64,000 nucleotides of DNA from Macrostomum hystrix (taxonomy: Eukaryota; Animalia; Platyhelminthes), in assembly GCA_950097015.1 (NCBI GenBank), contig CATNEN010000039.1:18104001-18168000 (forward strand). The letters run 5' to 3'. Both the position numbers and the translations under genes were made by a program. Numbering within the stretch: position 1 is the stretch's first letter; every line of letters begins with the position of its first letter. The notes under the pieces were generated by a model that was not told where the DNA came from, ran no database searches, and saw nothing but the letters and a program-made list of their open reading frames with translations. This document shows, piece by piece, positions 48,680-61,045 of this stretch.

Positions 48680-51600
48680 ATGTCCAGCACAGAAGAGAGC
48701 CTTGAACCTGCCACTGTGACACTGATTGGTGAGTTTATATATTTTTTATATTTATACCACTTTTTTGCTTTTATAACTATGATTTAGTTTATTGCAAAGC
48801 TAACATCGACTTCACATTTTAGCCTACAGGGGGATCGGTCTGCAACCACCAAAAGGCAAAAAGAAAGGTAGCTAAGCATTTAAACCCATTTTCATTTAAA
48901 CAAAAAAATGACTTCAGTAAATCTGCTTTTTACTGAAATTTACCAATTTTTAACAAATTGCAGCAGAAAGCAAGAAAGCAAAATGGAAGGTTCTTTTTTG
49001 TCATGGTCAGGAAAAGAAAATGTCTACAGCAGAGATTGTCAGCCAGGAGGGCAATCCAGTATGGGACACAACAGCTACTATGTGAGTAAAGTGCAGTTTA
49101 TTTTTTGCCATCACATTTTAGAAATTTTCCACCAATTGAATTATAACAGATAATTCTTAATTTCTGAATTACTAGTGGTTCTATTAATTTTTGCGTGAGT
49201 CTCTGAACTAATATTATCAGAGTCCCTGAACTAATAGCATCTGAGTCCCTGAACTAATAGTATCTGAGTCCCTGAACTAACAGCATCTGAGTCCCTGAAC
49301 TAATATTATCAGAGTCCCTGAACAAGTAGTATCTGAGTCCCTAAACTAATATTATCCGAGTCACTGAACTAATATTATCAGAGTCCCTGAACTAATAGCA
49401 TCTGAGTCCCTGAACTAATATTATCAGAGTCCCTGAACAAGTAGTATCTGAGTCCCTAAACTAATATTATCCGAGTCACTGAACTAATATTATCAGAGTC
49501 CCTGAACTAATATTATCCGAGTCACTGAACTAATATTATCCGAGTCACTGAACTAATATTATCCGAGTCACTGAACTAATATTATCCGAGTCACTGAACT
49601 AATATTATCAGAGTCCCTGAACTAATAGCATCTGAGTCCCTGAACTAATATTATCAGAGTCCCTGAACAAGTAGTATCTGAGTCCCTAAACTAATATTAT
49701 CCGAGTCCCTGAACTAATATTATCAGAGTCCCTGAACTAATATTATCAGAGTCCCTGAACTAATATTATCAGAGTCCCTGAACTAATAGCATCTGAGTCC
49801 CTAAACTAATATTATCCGAGTCACTGAACTAATATTATCTCAGTCCCTGAACTAATCTTATCTCAGTCCCTGAACTAATATTACCTCAGTCCCTGAAGTA
49901 ATATTATCTGAGTCACTAAACTAATAGCTTATTATTCCTTGAAGTTAGTGTATCTGTCCCTCAAGTATTTAGTGGGATAAGCTGGCATATTTAACACAGA
50001 TATTTATCCCTAAAATCCACCGCTCAGAGCTGTTGGCAACTCTTACGAGCCGCTGGTCCTACTGTTGCACTATCGAGACACACCGATTGGTCAGGTGATT
50101 ATACCCTGGACTCGCGTGCCCGACAAGTCCACTGCTATTGGCCAGTCGGAGATTCTAGGCGAGCTGGAGGCTGTTAGGAAAAGCCCAGAACCAACCGGAG
50201 CCATCTACTACAGCTGCTGGATCGAGTCCTATAGGCCTCACCAGTCGCAGCAGCAGAAGAAGCCACCTGGTCTGCTAAAAAGATTGAGCTTATCGCGCAG
50301 CAAATTATCAGCCAGCAGTGTCAGTATTGCTGAGGATCAGCAGCAGCAGCAGCAGGCTGGCAGTTCCAGCCGCAAAGCCACCGTGCCAACAGTCAAGAAG
50401 TTGAAACGTCGCCTGTTTAATCGAGGCGGCAAGTCAACAACGAAAGACGGCGCCGGTGTTGACTGCGTAGACGGTCCGAACGGCGTCTCCAAGGCCGTGT
50501 CTATGGGCAACCTGTCGTCGTCAACGACGATGCAAATGTCAGCTTTGTCAGCGTCTGGCACCACGCCCGGAGCCTACTCGGTGACGCCTTCGCCATCAGC
50601 ATCGCCGGCGTCGTTGCAGCGTCATCCGATGGCGAGGCCGCATTCTTTGCATAATCTGGCACTTGATCAACCGGCTGATATGCCAACAACTGCGGAGCGT
50701 CAGAAGCAGCAACAGCAGCTGCGTCCGCTGAAACAGCAGGTCAGATCATCTTGATTTTTATAAATTTAGTCATTTAAATTCTGACAGACACAGTGGTTGG
50801 ACCGGAAGGTCTAAAGTTCGAATCTGGACAAACTAAGGTTGAAAATTATTCTAATGGGCCCCAACCAGGTACTATTTGAATCGCAATCAGACAAATATCC
50901 GAGAGGAGAATGACAAATATCACACAGGATGGTGACAAATGTCCCACAGGATAATGACAAATGTCCCACAGGATAATGACAAATGTCCCACAGGATGATG
51001 ACAAATGTCCCACAGGATAATGACAAATGTCCCACAGGATAATGACAAATTTCCCACAGGATAATGACAAATGTCCCACAGGATAATGACAAATATCCCA
51101 CAGGAAAAGGTGACAAACATCACGCAGAAGAAGCGATCAACGTCCTAAAGGATAAGGGATAAATAGTCTAAAAAGAATTGTGACTGACTTCATATTGGAA
51201 AAAAAATTCTAAAAGATAATGACAAATGTCCCACAGGATAATGACAAATGTCCTAATTTGAAAAAAGACAAACGCCCTTAAGTATAAGAGAATAAATGTC
51301 TAAAAGGAATAATTCCTATTGGATAAATTACAAATTCTTTTCCTGAACGACTCTATAGACAACGATGACCCGGTCAAGGTTCCACGCCCTCCTCACTCCC
51401 AACAGACCCAGCAGCTGTCGCCGACCACCCAGCTCGGCCGGAGCCGCAGCGCCGCCTGCCTATTCGCCGGGCCCACCTATCCGTCCGTGGACACAGACAG
51501 GCCGCTGCCTGAGATTCAGCAGATGGAGCCGAGCCGCATGCCGGCTCTGGGCGGACAGAGGGTCACAATCCGCGGCGTCGCCCTCGCCTTGTCGGCCTCC

Positions 51601-54585
51601 GACCTCATCGGCGCCTCACTCGCCGGCGTGCCCTGCCGGGCCGTGTCTTTCATCAGCCCGGAGCAGATCCTGCTGACGGCCGGCACCGCACCAAATTCTG
51701 GCGCCACCGGCCCTGCTGAACTGGTCACCGTCACTGCCGGCTGCGTGCGGTCTGAGGCCTCCTTCACCTACGTGTCTGCCAATGGTGAGCGCCCGCTCTG
51801 TCTAATCCACTTCTCCCCCTCATTCTCACCAACTTCTATTTCTCTCCCAAAGTCCGTTTCTCCCCGAACCTCCATTTCACCCTTAAACTCCGTTTCTCCC
51901 CCCAAACTCCATTTCTTCCCCCAATCATCGTTTCTCCCCCCAAAATCCGTTTCTCGCCGCAACCTCCGTTTCTCACCCCAACCTCCGTTTCTCCCGCCAA
52001 CCTCCATTCTTCCCTCAAACTCCATTTCTCCCCCCAAACTCCATTTCTCGCCCCAAACTCCATTTCTCGCCCCAAACTCCGTTTCTCCCCCCAAACTCCA
52101 TTTCTCGCCCCAAACTCCGTTTCTCCCACAAGCTCCATTTCTTCCTACCCAACCTCCTCCTATTCTCATTTTCTCCCCTGTCCTTCATTTTTCCCATCGC
52201 TTCCTGACCCATCCTCCATCGCAGCCGCATTGTCGCCGCCTGCATCTGGCTCCGGAATCGCGCGAAGTCCTTCGCTAAATCAGCTGCCATTTGGCGGCTC
52301 AACCGCCTCCGGCGTCCAGTCGTCATCGACTGTGTCATCGGAGATTCATCACGCCAGGTCCAGCAGTCTAGAGGCCACTGCCGCTGCCGCCGGAGCACCA
52401 AAGTCTTCTTCGACGATGCTGTCGACGCCACCGCCGGCACTGGCGGCGCCTTCCAAATCTCCGGCTGTCAATATGAAGAAATCGCGCAGTGTTTGGGATA
52501 TGCGGCTTGGCAGGTGCGAGACAATCTATCAGGCTGACCCACCTTGACCTTCAGGCTGACCCACCTTGACCTTCAGGCTGACCCACCTTGACCTTCAGGC
52601 TGACCCACCTTGACCTTCAGGCTGACCCACCTTGACCTTCAGGCTGACCCACCTTGACCTTCAGGCTGACCCACCTTGACCTTCAGGCTGACCCACCTTG
52701 ACCTTCAGGCTGACCCACCTTGACATTCAGGCTGACCCACCTTGACATTCAGGCTGACCCACCTTGACCTTCAGGATGACCCACTTTGACCGTCAGGCTG
52801 ACCCACCTTGACCTTCAGGCTGACTCAATTTGACCTTCAGGCTAACTCACCATGCTCTTCAGGCTAACCCACCATGCTCTTCAGGCTAATGATGCTCTCA
52901 GATTTTCGTTCGGATTTTAGTGAATCGCTAAAACCCATTTAAATTTAAGTCCTTCTAGAAGTAAAAATTTTCCTTGAAGCAGTTTACGGCAGTTTTATAT
53001 TTTTTAAATGGTTATTTTCAACTACAAACTAATTTTATGTGCCAACTAGAATTAGCTACATGTTGGTTCTCGAGTCTTCAGGAATTTCATTTTGTGGTCT
53101 TTGCGCTTTCGCCTGCGAAAAATTTAATTCGACAGGAGCTGTGCAATAGTTGCTCATTATTTTATTAATTTATGTGCTTTATTTAAATTTAAAATTTATT
53201 TATGCATTCGTATTTACTGGGCCAATCAAAATTCACTTTTACTTATACTTGCGCAGTGTTTTGTCCTACATTTCGATTCACTTTAGGCACAAGGGCCCAA
53301 GGTCACACTTTGGGAGATCCATGTCCTTCAGGCCGAACCCACTGTCCTTCAGGCTGAACCCACTGTCCTTTATGCTGAACCCGCTATCCTTCAGGCTGAA
53401 CCAGCTATCCTTCAGGCTGAACCCGCTATCCTTCAGGCTGAACCCGCTATCCTTCAGGCTAAACCCGCTATCCTTCAGGCTGAACCCACTGTCCTTTATG
53501 CTGAACCCGCTATCCTTCAGGCTGAACCAGCTATCCTTCAGGCTGAACCCGCTATCCTTCAGGCTGAACCCGCTATCCTTCAGGCTAAACCCGCTATCCT
53601 TCAGGCTGAACCCGCTGTCCTTCAGGCTAAACCCGCTGTCCTTCAGGCTGAACCCGCTATCCTTCAGGCTAAACCCGCTGTCCTTCATGCTGAACCCGCT
53701 ATCCTTCAAGCTATATTACTTTAAAATAATTTTCAGACCTTTTTAAAACTACATTAAACGAGGTTGTAGCCTAGTGGTTAGGGCGTCGGACTCACGACTT
53801 GAAGGTCGGGGGGTTCGATTCCCGACTCCACTGAAACAATTACTGTCCTTTAGCAAGACACTTAACTCTGCATTGCTTCAGTTCACCCAGCTGTTAAATG
53901 GGTACCAGCATCAGCTGGGATAATTGAAGGTGGGTGTGGCGTCCCCCCAGTCCATGGACTGAACAGCTGTACGCAGCCTTCAGATGCGCCGCGCAATAGC
54001 TGCGGCTGTGCTGTCGGCTGCACATCTGGCCCGATTGGGGCAGGTGTAATCAATCAATTATTATTATTATTAAACGAGTTTTTTATCCTCATTTTCACTG
54101 ATAGATAGTCTGTTTATTAGCATCGATCAAAGCGTTAATCGCCACATTTTCAACCCACTGACAGACGCGGGTCGGACGCTTCAAATGACTGTCCAACGGG
54201 TCAGCAGCAGCAGCAGCAGCCGATTTCTTCAGTCATCGGCGCCGTTGGCATCGGCGGTGTGAAGCTACGAAAACGCGACTCAGGCAAAGGCACACTGTCT
54301 AAGAAGCAGCTGCTGCAGGAGACTGAGTTGCTGCGCGCCCATCTGGAAGCGGCGCACAATGAGCAGATGCGCCTAACAGAGGCTCTGATGGACGCTGAAC
54401 GACTGGCACTCGAAGCCGAGCAGCGCGCCATGGAGGCCGAAGCTCGCGCCCGACTGGAAGCTGAAGCGCACGAAGATAAACTGCTGGAGCTGACTAACTT
54501 CATCGACAGCATGCAGGCCAGGATCATTGAGAGCGGCCACGTTGAACTGCTGGAAAAGTCGCCGCCAAGACCGCCCAGGTGCTGA
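48680..54585 (+). CDS. Class I Rab11 family-interacting protein-like (C2 - IPT/TIG - coiled coil/FIP-RBD), ~700 aa
   Basis: Exons 48680..48728, 48823..48867, 48967..49081, 50028..50739, probable bridging exon ~50817..50868, 51359..51784, 52225..52513, 54165..54585. N-terminal C2 (VTLIAYRGIGL..GNPVWD..IGQVIIP), IPT domain, and C-terminal KLLELTNFIDSMQARIIE resembling the FIP-RBD (RELEDYIDNLLVRVME). Confidence 0.8.
49195..49925. repeat. Minisatellite, 23-bp unit GAGTCCCTGAACTAATATTATCA, intronic
   Basis: About 31 copies. Confidence 0.95.
50905..51255. repeat. Minisatellite, 22-bp unit CCACAGGATAATGACAAATGTC, intronic, in two blocks
   Basis: Tandem periodicity. Confidence 0.9.
51810..52200. 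repeat. CT-rich degenerate repeat (CCAAACTCCATTTCTC), intronic
   Basis: Follows the GTGAGC donor at 51785. Confidence 0.8.
52530..52890. repeat. Minisatellite, 22-bp unit CAGGCTGACCCACCTTGACCTT, intronic
   Basis: About 16 copies. Confidence 0.95.
53322..53712. repeat. Minisatellite, 21-bp unit TCCTTCAGGCTGAACCCGCTA, intronic
   Basis: About 18 copies; shares CCTTCAGGCTGA with 52530-52890. Confidence 0.95.
53760..54070 (+). mobile_element. Full-length tRNA-derived CORE-SINE (family A)
   Basis: Box A TAGCCTAGTGG, box B GGTTCGATTCC, CORE-like TGTCCTTTAGCAAGACACTTAACTCTGCATTGCTTCAGTTCACCCAGCTGTTAAATGGG, (ATT)n tail, flanking repeat ATTAAACGAG. Confidence 0.92.
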
Positions 54586-55124
54586 ATGGGATTTTTTATT
54601 GACTTGAGTATATTTGGGGATAAAATAGTCCAGTACAATTTGGGATTCTTCTGCTGGCTGCCCAAAATCCATAAACAGTTACGCGTGTTTGTCAATCTTT
54701 TCTGTCACAAAAAAGCTAGTCGAGTTTTCATTGTTTTTCCTGTTTGACATTCCGATAATTTTTTTGTGGTAACTTTTATTCACTTTACTACTGTCAATAG
54801 ACGCCTGGAGTGACAACTACCATTTTTTAGTTTCCGTAACTTTGACTAATTTTGCCTTTTTGTTTTTGGTTTCCCTTTACATTCCAATTTATTAAACTGT
54901 ACAACTCGCCAAACTGGAAGTACCAATCGTACTTGTAAAATTTCCTCTTTGTCTGTGATTGTAAAAAAATGTTTTATGCTTGTTTTAGAGCTTTATTTTC
55001 TGCGTTGCTGCCTATACTTATGAATTATATTCTGCTTAGAGTTTGATTTCTAATTCTCAATCTTAGCCTTTTCATGTACATGTTGATGCTGATATAGGAA
55101 AAGAGATTGATAATGAAATGGGAA

Positions 55125-56418
55125 GAGAGATTGATAGTGAGATTCTAAGAGATTGATAGTGAGATTCTAAGAGATTGATAGTGAGATTCTAAGAGATTGA
55201 TAGTGAGATTCTAAGAGATTGATAGTAAGATTCTAAGAGATTGATAGTGAGATTCTAAGAGATTGATAGTGAGATTCTAAGAGATTGATAGTAAGATTCT
55301 AAGAGATTGATAGTGAGATTCTAAGAGATTGATAGTAAGATTCTAAGAGATTGATAGTTAGATTCTAAGAGACTGTTTGTGAGATTCTAAGAGATTAATA
55401 GTGAGATTCTAAGAGATTGATAGTGAGATTCTAAGAGATTGATAGTGAGATTCTAAGAGATTGATAGTAAGATTCTAAGAGATTGATAGTGAGACTCTAA
55501 GAGATTGATAGTGAGATTCTAAGAGATTGATAGTGAGATTCTAAGAGATTGATAGTGAGATTCTAAGAGATTGATAGTGAGATTCTAAGAGATTGATAGT
55601 AAGATTCTAAGAGATTGATAGTGAGATTCTAAGAGATTGATAGTAAGATTCTAAGAGATTGATAGTTAGATTCTAAGAGATTGATAGTGAGATTCTAAGA
55701 GATTAATAGTGAGATTCTAAGAGATTGATAGTGAGATTCTAAGAGATTGATAGTGAGATTCTAAGAGATTGATAGTAAGATTCTAAGAGATTGATAGTTA
55801 GATTCTAAGAGATTGATAGTGAGATTCTAAGAGATTAATAGTGAGATTCTAAGAGATTGATAGTGAGATTCTAAGAGATTGATAGTGAGATTCTAAGAGA
55901 TTGATAGTAAGATTCTAAGAGATTGATAGTGAGATTCTAAGAGATTGATAGTGAGATTCTAAGAGATTGATAGTGAGATTCTAAGAGATTGATAGTGAGA
56001 TTCTAAGAGATTGATAGTGAGACTCTAAGAGATTGATAGTGAGATTCTAAGAGATTGATAGTGAGATTCTAAGAGATTGATAGTGAGATTCTAAGAGATT
56101 GATAGTGAGATTCTAAGAGATTAATAGTGAGATTCTAAGAGATTGATAGTAAGATTCTAAGAGATTGATAGTGAGACTCTAAGAGATTGATAGTGAGATT
56201 CTAAGAGATTGATAGTGAGACTCTAAGAGATTGATAGTGAGATTCTAAGAGATTGATAGTGAGATTCTAAGAGATTGATAGTAAGATTCTAAGAGATTGA
56301 TAGTGAGACTGTAAGAGATTGATAGTGGGATTCTAAGAGATTGATAGTGAGATTCTAAGAGATTGATAGTGAGATTCTAAGAGATTGATAGTGAGATTCT
56401 AAGATAGATTGATAGTTA
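55125..56418. repeat. Minisatellite, 22-bp unit GAGATTGATAGTGAGATTCTAA
   Basis: About 58 highly homogeneous copies. Confidence 0.97.
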
Positions 56419-57021
56419 TATGGGAAGAGAGATTGATAATGCATTGGTAAGATAGACACAGTTATGAGAAGATAATTTATAGGAGTGCCTTAACACTACA
56501 GCTATGCTTTGAGTTCAGTGTACAGGTAGAGCAGGTTTTTTGCTACAATAATTTTTATTACGATCCGCAGCATGAAGAAAATGAATTTGGTCAAGCCATT
56601 CATGTTTAACCCTGAGCACTTGCTCTACAGTAGTAATCAGTTGCACTTTATTCCGTTTACTTTTTTTGTTAAGCTCGAGGACGGACATCTCAAAGCTATA
56701 CATTTTATGCTTAATTATTTTTCTCACTGCCAAGCTCTATGCAGTTGATTTTTTTTTATAAAATGTGAAAATGAAGGTCAAAAGCGACACATAGGAAGTG
56801 AAGTTCAGTAAATTATTTCATAATTTATGCTTATAAACTGCACAATGAACGCAAGCGGAAACCCAGACAGCTGATTGAAATTATTTAACTGTCCGACATT
56901 AAGTATTTAATATTAAATTGTAACTTATTCGCTTATTATTCTGTTGGTATGTTGGTCAAAGTACTTGCTAATGCTTTGCAAGCCTATGCTTAAATGTAGG
57001 AACTCGGTTCCTAAAATTCAA

Positions 57022-57630
57022 ATGGGATATTCTCCTGAAGATCGTTTTGGGATCTTATCCTCAATATCGCTTTGGGATCTTATCCTCAAGATCGTTTGGG
57101 ATCTTATCCTGAAGATCGTTTTGGGATCTTATCCTCAAGATCGCTTTGGGATCTTATCCTGAAGATCGTTTTGGGATCTTATCCTGAAGATCATTTGGCA
57201 TCTTATCCTGAAGATCATTTTGGGATCTTATCCTGAAGATCGCTTTGGGATCTTATCCTGAAGATCATTTTGGGATCTTATCCTGAAGATCGTTTTGGGA
57301 TCTTATCCTGAAGATCGTTTTGGGATCTTATCCTGAAGATCGTTTTGGGATCTTATCCTGAAGATCGTTTGGGATCTTATCCTGAAGATCGTTTTGGGAT
57401 CTTATCCTGAAGATCAATTGGGATCTTATCCTGAAAATAGTTTTGGGATCTTATCCTGAAGATCGTTTTGGGATCTTATCCTGAAGATCGTTTTGGGATC
57501 TTATCCTGAAGATCATTTTGGGATCTTATCCTGAAGATCGCTTTGGGATCTTATCCTGAAGATCGCTTTGGGATCTTATCCTGAAGATCAATTGGGATCT
57601 TATCCTGAAAATAGTTTTGGGATTGTATCC
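57022..57630. repeat. Minisatellite, 24-25-bp unit TTTGGGATCTTATCCTGAAGATCGT
   Basis: About 24 copies. Confidence 0.96.
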
Positions 57631-57996
57631 CATAAATTCTTTTTTTGCCTTCGAGTCATCGTTTACCTGTCAAATCATTATAATCCCGCTTGTCTATGAG
57701 AGATTTATCCCCCACAAAATGTCATATTGTAAAGCGGTGGTCTTGTTTATTTTTAACTCTGAAAATATTTTATTTTTTACTGTCGGATCAGATCAGATTT
57801 TGATACAGCTTGGATTTATTTTTTTTGCTACGACAAAGAGAAAAAAATACACTTGTTGGTCCCAATTGAACAATCAGACCTCGTTCATAGCAAATATCTG
57901 TCTCAGTTATATATAAAAACGGACTGGTGTCAAAGAAAAAATATATGTTTTTATAAAAGCATAAGCGTTCCATTATTCCTTTGATTGTTTTATCAC

Positions 57997-58436
57997 ATCT
58001 CTCCTATCCAACCTCTCCCCCCTCTACTCTCCCCTCCCCTCTCCCTTCTCTCCACTCTCTCCTCTCTCCTCTCTGTCCCCTTTCCGCACTCTCCCCTCTC
58101 CGCTCTCTCCCCTCTCCCCTCTCTCCCATTTCCCCTATCCCCTCCCTTCTCTGCCCTCTTTCCTCTCTTCTTTCTCTCCCCTCTCCCCTCTCCCCTCTGC
58201 TCTCTCCCCTCTCTGCTCTCTCTTCTCCTCTCTCTCTTCTCTCCGCTCTCTTCCCTCTCCGCTCTCTCCCCTTTCCCCTCTCACCTCTCCACTCTTCCCT
58301 CTCCCTTCTCCCCTCCCTGCTCTCCCCTCTCCGCTCTCTTCCTCTCTCCGCTTTCTCCCCTCTCCCCTCTCCCCTCCCTTCTCTTTCCTCTATCCTCTCT
58401 CCGCTCTCACCCCTCTCTGCTCTCTCCCCACTCCCA
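57997..58436. repeat. CT-rich low-complexity tract
   Basis: Almost pure pyrimidine on the + strand. Confidence 0.9.
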
Positions 58437-58802
58437 AAACACATCTCAATGCGATCTGGAATGAGTCAATAATATTAAAATTCAATATTTAATTATCTGC
58501 TAACCGGTTTCTGTTACAATCGGTTTGTTGCGCATATTAATTAGCGCAGCAGCAGAACTTTTCTTATTTGCTCTTGTTCACAAAATCGTACAATACGATA
58601 CTGCAGCATGGTCACTGTACAGTAAATGCTGCTTTTGAGGCTTTATTCGCTGTTCCTACACCAATAATTGCGTACATTCCGGATTAAGGACGTTTCTGCT
58701 CGCTGGCATAGCAGGAATAATTGCTTCCCGAATCCACAGTTTTATTCCGATATTATATCTGTACTTTTGTTCCATATTGAAATTTGCTCAACGACCCAAC
58801 GG

Positions 58803-59372
58803 AACAAGACTTCAGAACCACCCTAACAAGACTTCAAAACCACCCTAAACAAGACTTCAAAACCACCCTAACAAGACTTCAAAACCACCCTAAACAAGAC
58901 TTCAAAACCACCCTAAACAAGACTTCAAAACCACCCTAAACAAGACTTCAAAACCACCCTAAACAAGACTTCAAAACCACCCTAAACAAGACTTCAAAAC
59001 CACCCTAAACAAGACTTCAAAACCACCCTAAACAAGACTTCAAAACCACCCTAAACAAGACTTCAAAACCACCCTAAACAAGACTTCAAAACCCCCCTAA
59101 ACAAGACTTCAAAACCACCCTAACAAGACTTCAAAACCACCCGAACGAACTTCAAAACCACTCGCACTTCAAAAATAAAGCTTAGCAAGACTTCAAAACC
59201 ACCCGAACTTAAAAATCAATCGAACAGTCTTCAAAACTACTCGAATTTCAGAACCACCCGAACGAACTTCAAAACCACCATAGCAAACTTCAAAACCACC
59301 CTAACAAACTTCAAAACCACCCTAACAAACTTCAAAACCACCCTAACAAACTTCAAAACCACCCGAGCTTCA
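58803..59372. repeat. Minisatellite, 23-bp unit AAACAAGACTTCAAAACCACCCT
   Basis: Tandem copies that degenerate toward the right. Confidence 0.94.
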
Positions 59373-60524
59373 AAAAACCCATAAATTTTGTTTGACCCAG
59401 TACGCATATAAGTTGCAGAATTAATATAATAGTGGCCTTTTTAAATTTGTCTGAAGCCTTTTCCTTTTACGTCGCCCCACCTGTTGGCGAAATTCATTAA
59501 CCGAATTGCGAATGCGACAAGCCTCAAAAGCGAAAAAGCGAGGGGCACTCTCTGCTTTTACTCGGTACAAATCTGTTCGCGCAAAGAATGTCACACGGGA
59601 GTTGCTAAGCTGGGTTTCCGACCAAAGTGAGTCAGCTGTTAGCCCTTACTTAGGGTTCGCTAATCAAAGTCTTGCGTACCGCAGCACCCCCCTCCCTAGC
59701 AGCAGCTCACAATGGCAGCCAGGCAGCCCTTCTTTTGGCAGAGAAACAACGGTACCTTACTGCCAATGCCTGGTGGACAAACTTATTCAATGTGCAAGTG
59801 CATGCGTTTTTGTACGGCAATACATGCTGCAGCAGTAACCGAACAGCTGATAGAATCTTCTTGCATTGCCACTGGGGTAGACTCTCTGAGCTCATGTACA
59901 TAAATGGCCTTTCATTCCGTCTCATTTTGCCCCCTCTCTACCCCACACCTTCCTTCTCTCTTGCTCTCAGTGGGTGGATGACTCATATTATAGCTCCTAA
60001 TATACGTCACACTTTATAACTTTATTTAATAATTCATTAACTAATTCGTTCATTATATTTCTAGTAAATTTCACATGCAGATTAAAAATATCGTTTCACA
60101 ATGCACTAATAAAGTAGTTAACACCGATGAGTTAACCAGAGTCACGCTGTCCCGACCTTCGCTATCATTAGTACTCTCAGCTGTTTCAGTTCACACTACG
60201 CGATGCTATGATTCAGACCAAGCGTAATCCCATTCACGTGTATGAGCCAGTAGTTCTGTGTCCTATTGTTCCCACCGAATCTGGGAGGAAAAGCTACGGT
60301 TTTGGCTGACTGAGTCATCGCCTCATTCTTGAGCATAAGGGGGCGTTCTTTTAGTACATGTGTTTGCCATCATAACTCTTGAGATCATTTCTCTGACCTA
60401 AAATTTATATTCTTTTGGATGTTATTCTTGGGATCTCACGAAGATCATCTCAATCTCACGTAAATTATTTCATTACCAACGTTAATTATTTTAGGATCTC
60501 ATTCAGATTCAGATTCAGATTGGA

Positions 60525-61045
60525 TTTCAGGTAGATTCTTTTGGATCTCACGTAGATTCTTTTGGATCTCATGTAGATTCTTTTGGATCTCACGTAGATT
60601 CTTTTGGATCTCATGTAGATTCTTTTGGATCTCACGTAGATTCTTTTGGATCTCATGTAGATTCTTTTGGATCTCACGTAGATTCTCTTGGATCTCACGT
60701 AGATTCTCTTGGATCTCACGTAGATTCTTTTGGATCTCACGTAGATTCTTTTGGATCTCACGTAGATTCTCTTGGAATCCCACGAACATTCTCTTGGATC
60801 TCATGTACATTCTCTTGGATCTCACGTAGATTCTCTTGGATCTCACGTAGATTCTCTTGGATCTCACGTACATTCTCTTGGATCTCACGTAGATTCTCTT
60901 GGATCTCACGTAGATTCTCTTGGATCTCACGTAGATTCTCTTGGATCTCACGTATATTCTTTTGGATCTCACGTGTATTCTTTTGGATCTCACGTACATC
61001 ATTTTGGATCTCACGTAGATTCTCTTGGATCTCACGTATATTCTT
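60525..61045. repeat. Minisatellite, 21-bp unit TTGGATCTCACGTAGATTCTC
   Basis: About 24 copies. Confidence 0.95.

Noticed and set aside
53760-53832. tRNA genes at the SINE heads (also 40019-40090 and 45652-45730)
   Set aside because: The acceptor stems do not pair and the sequences continue into SINE bodies.
58803-59372. ACCCTAA-containing repeat as telomeric sequence
   Set aside because: The hexamer is embedded in a 23-bp unit and is not a (TTAGGG)n tract.
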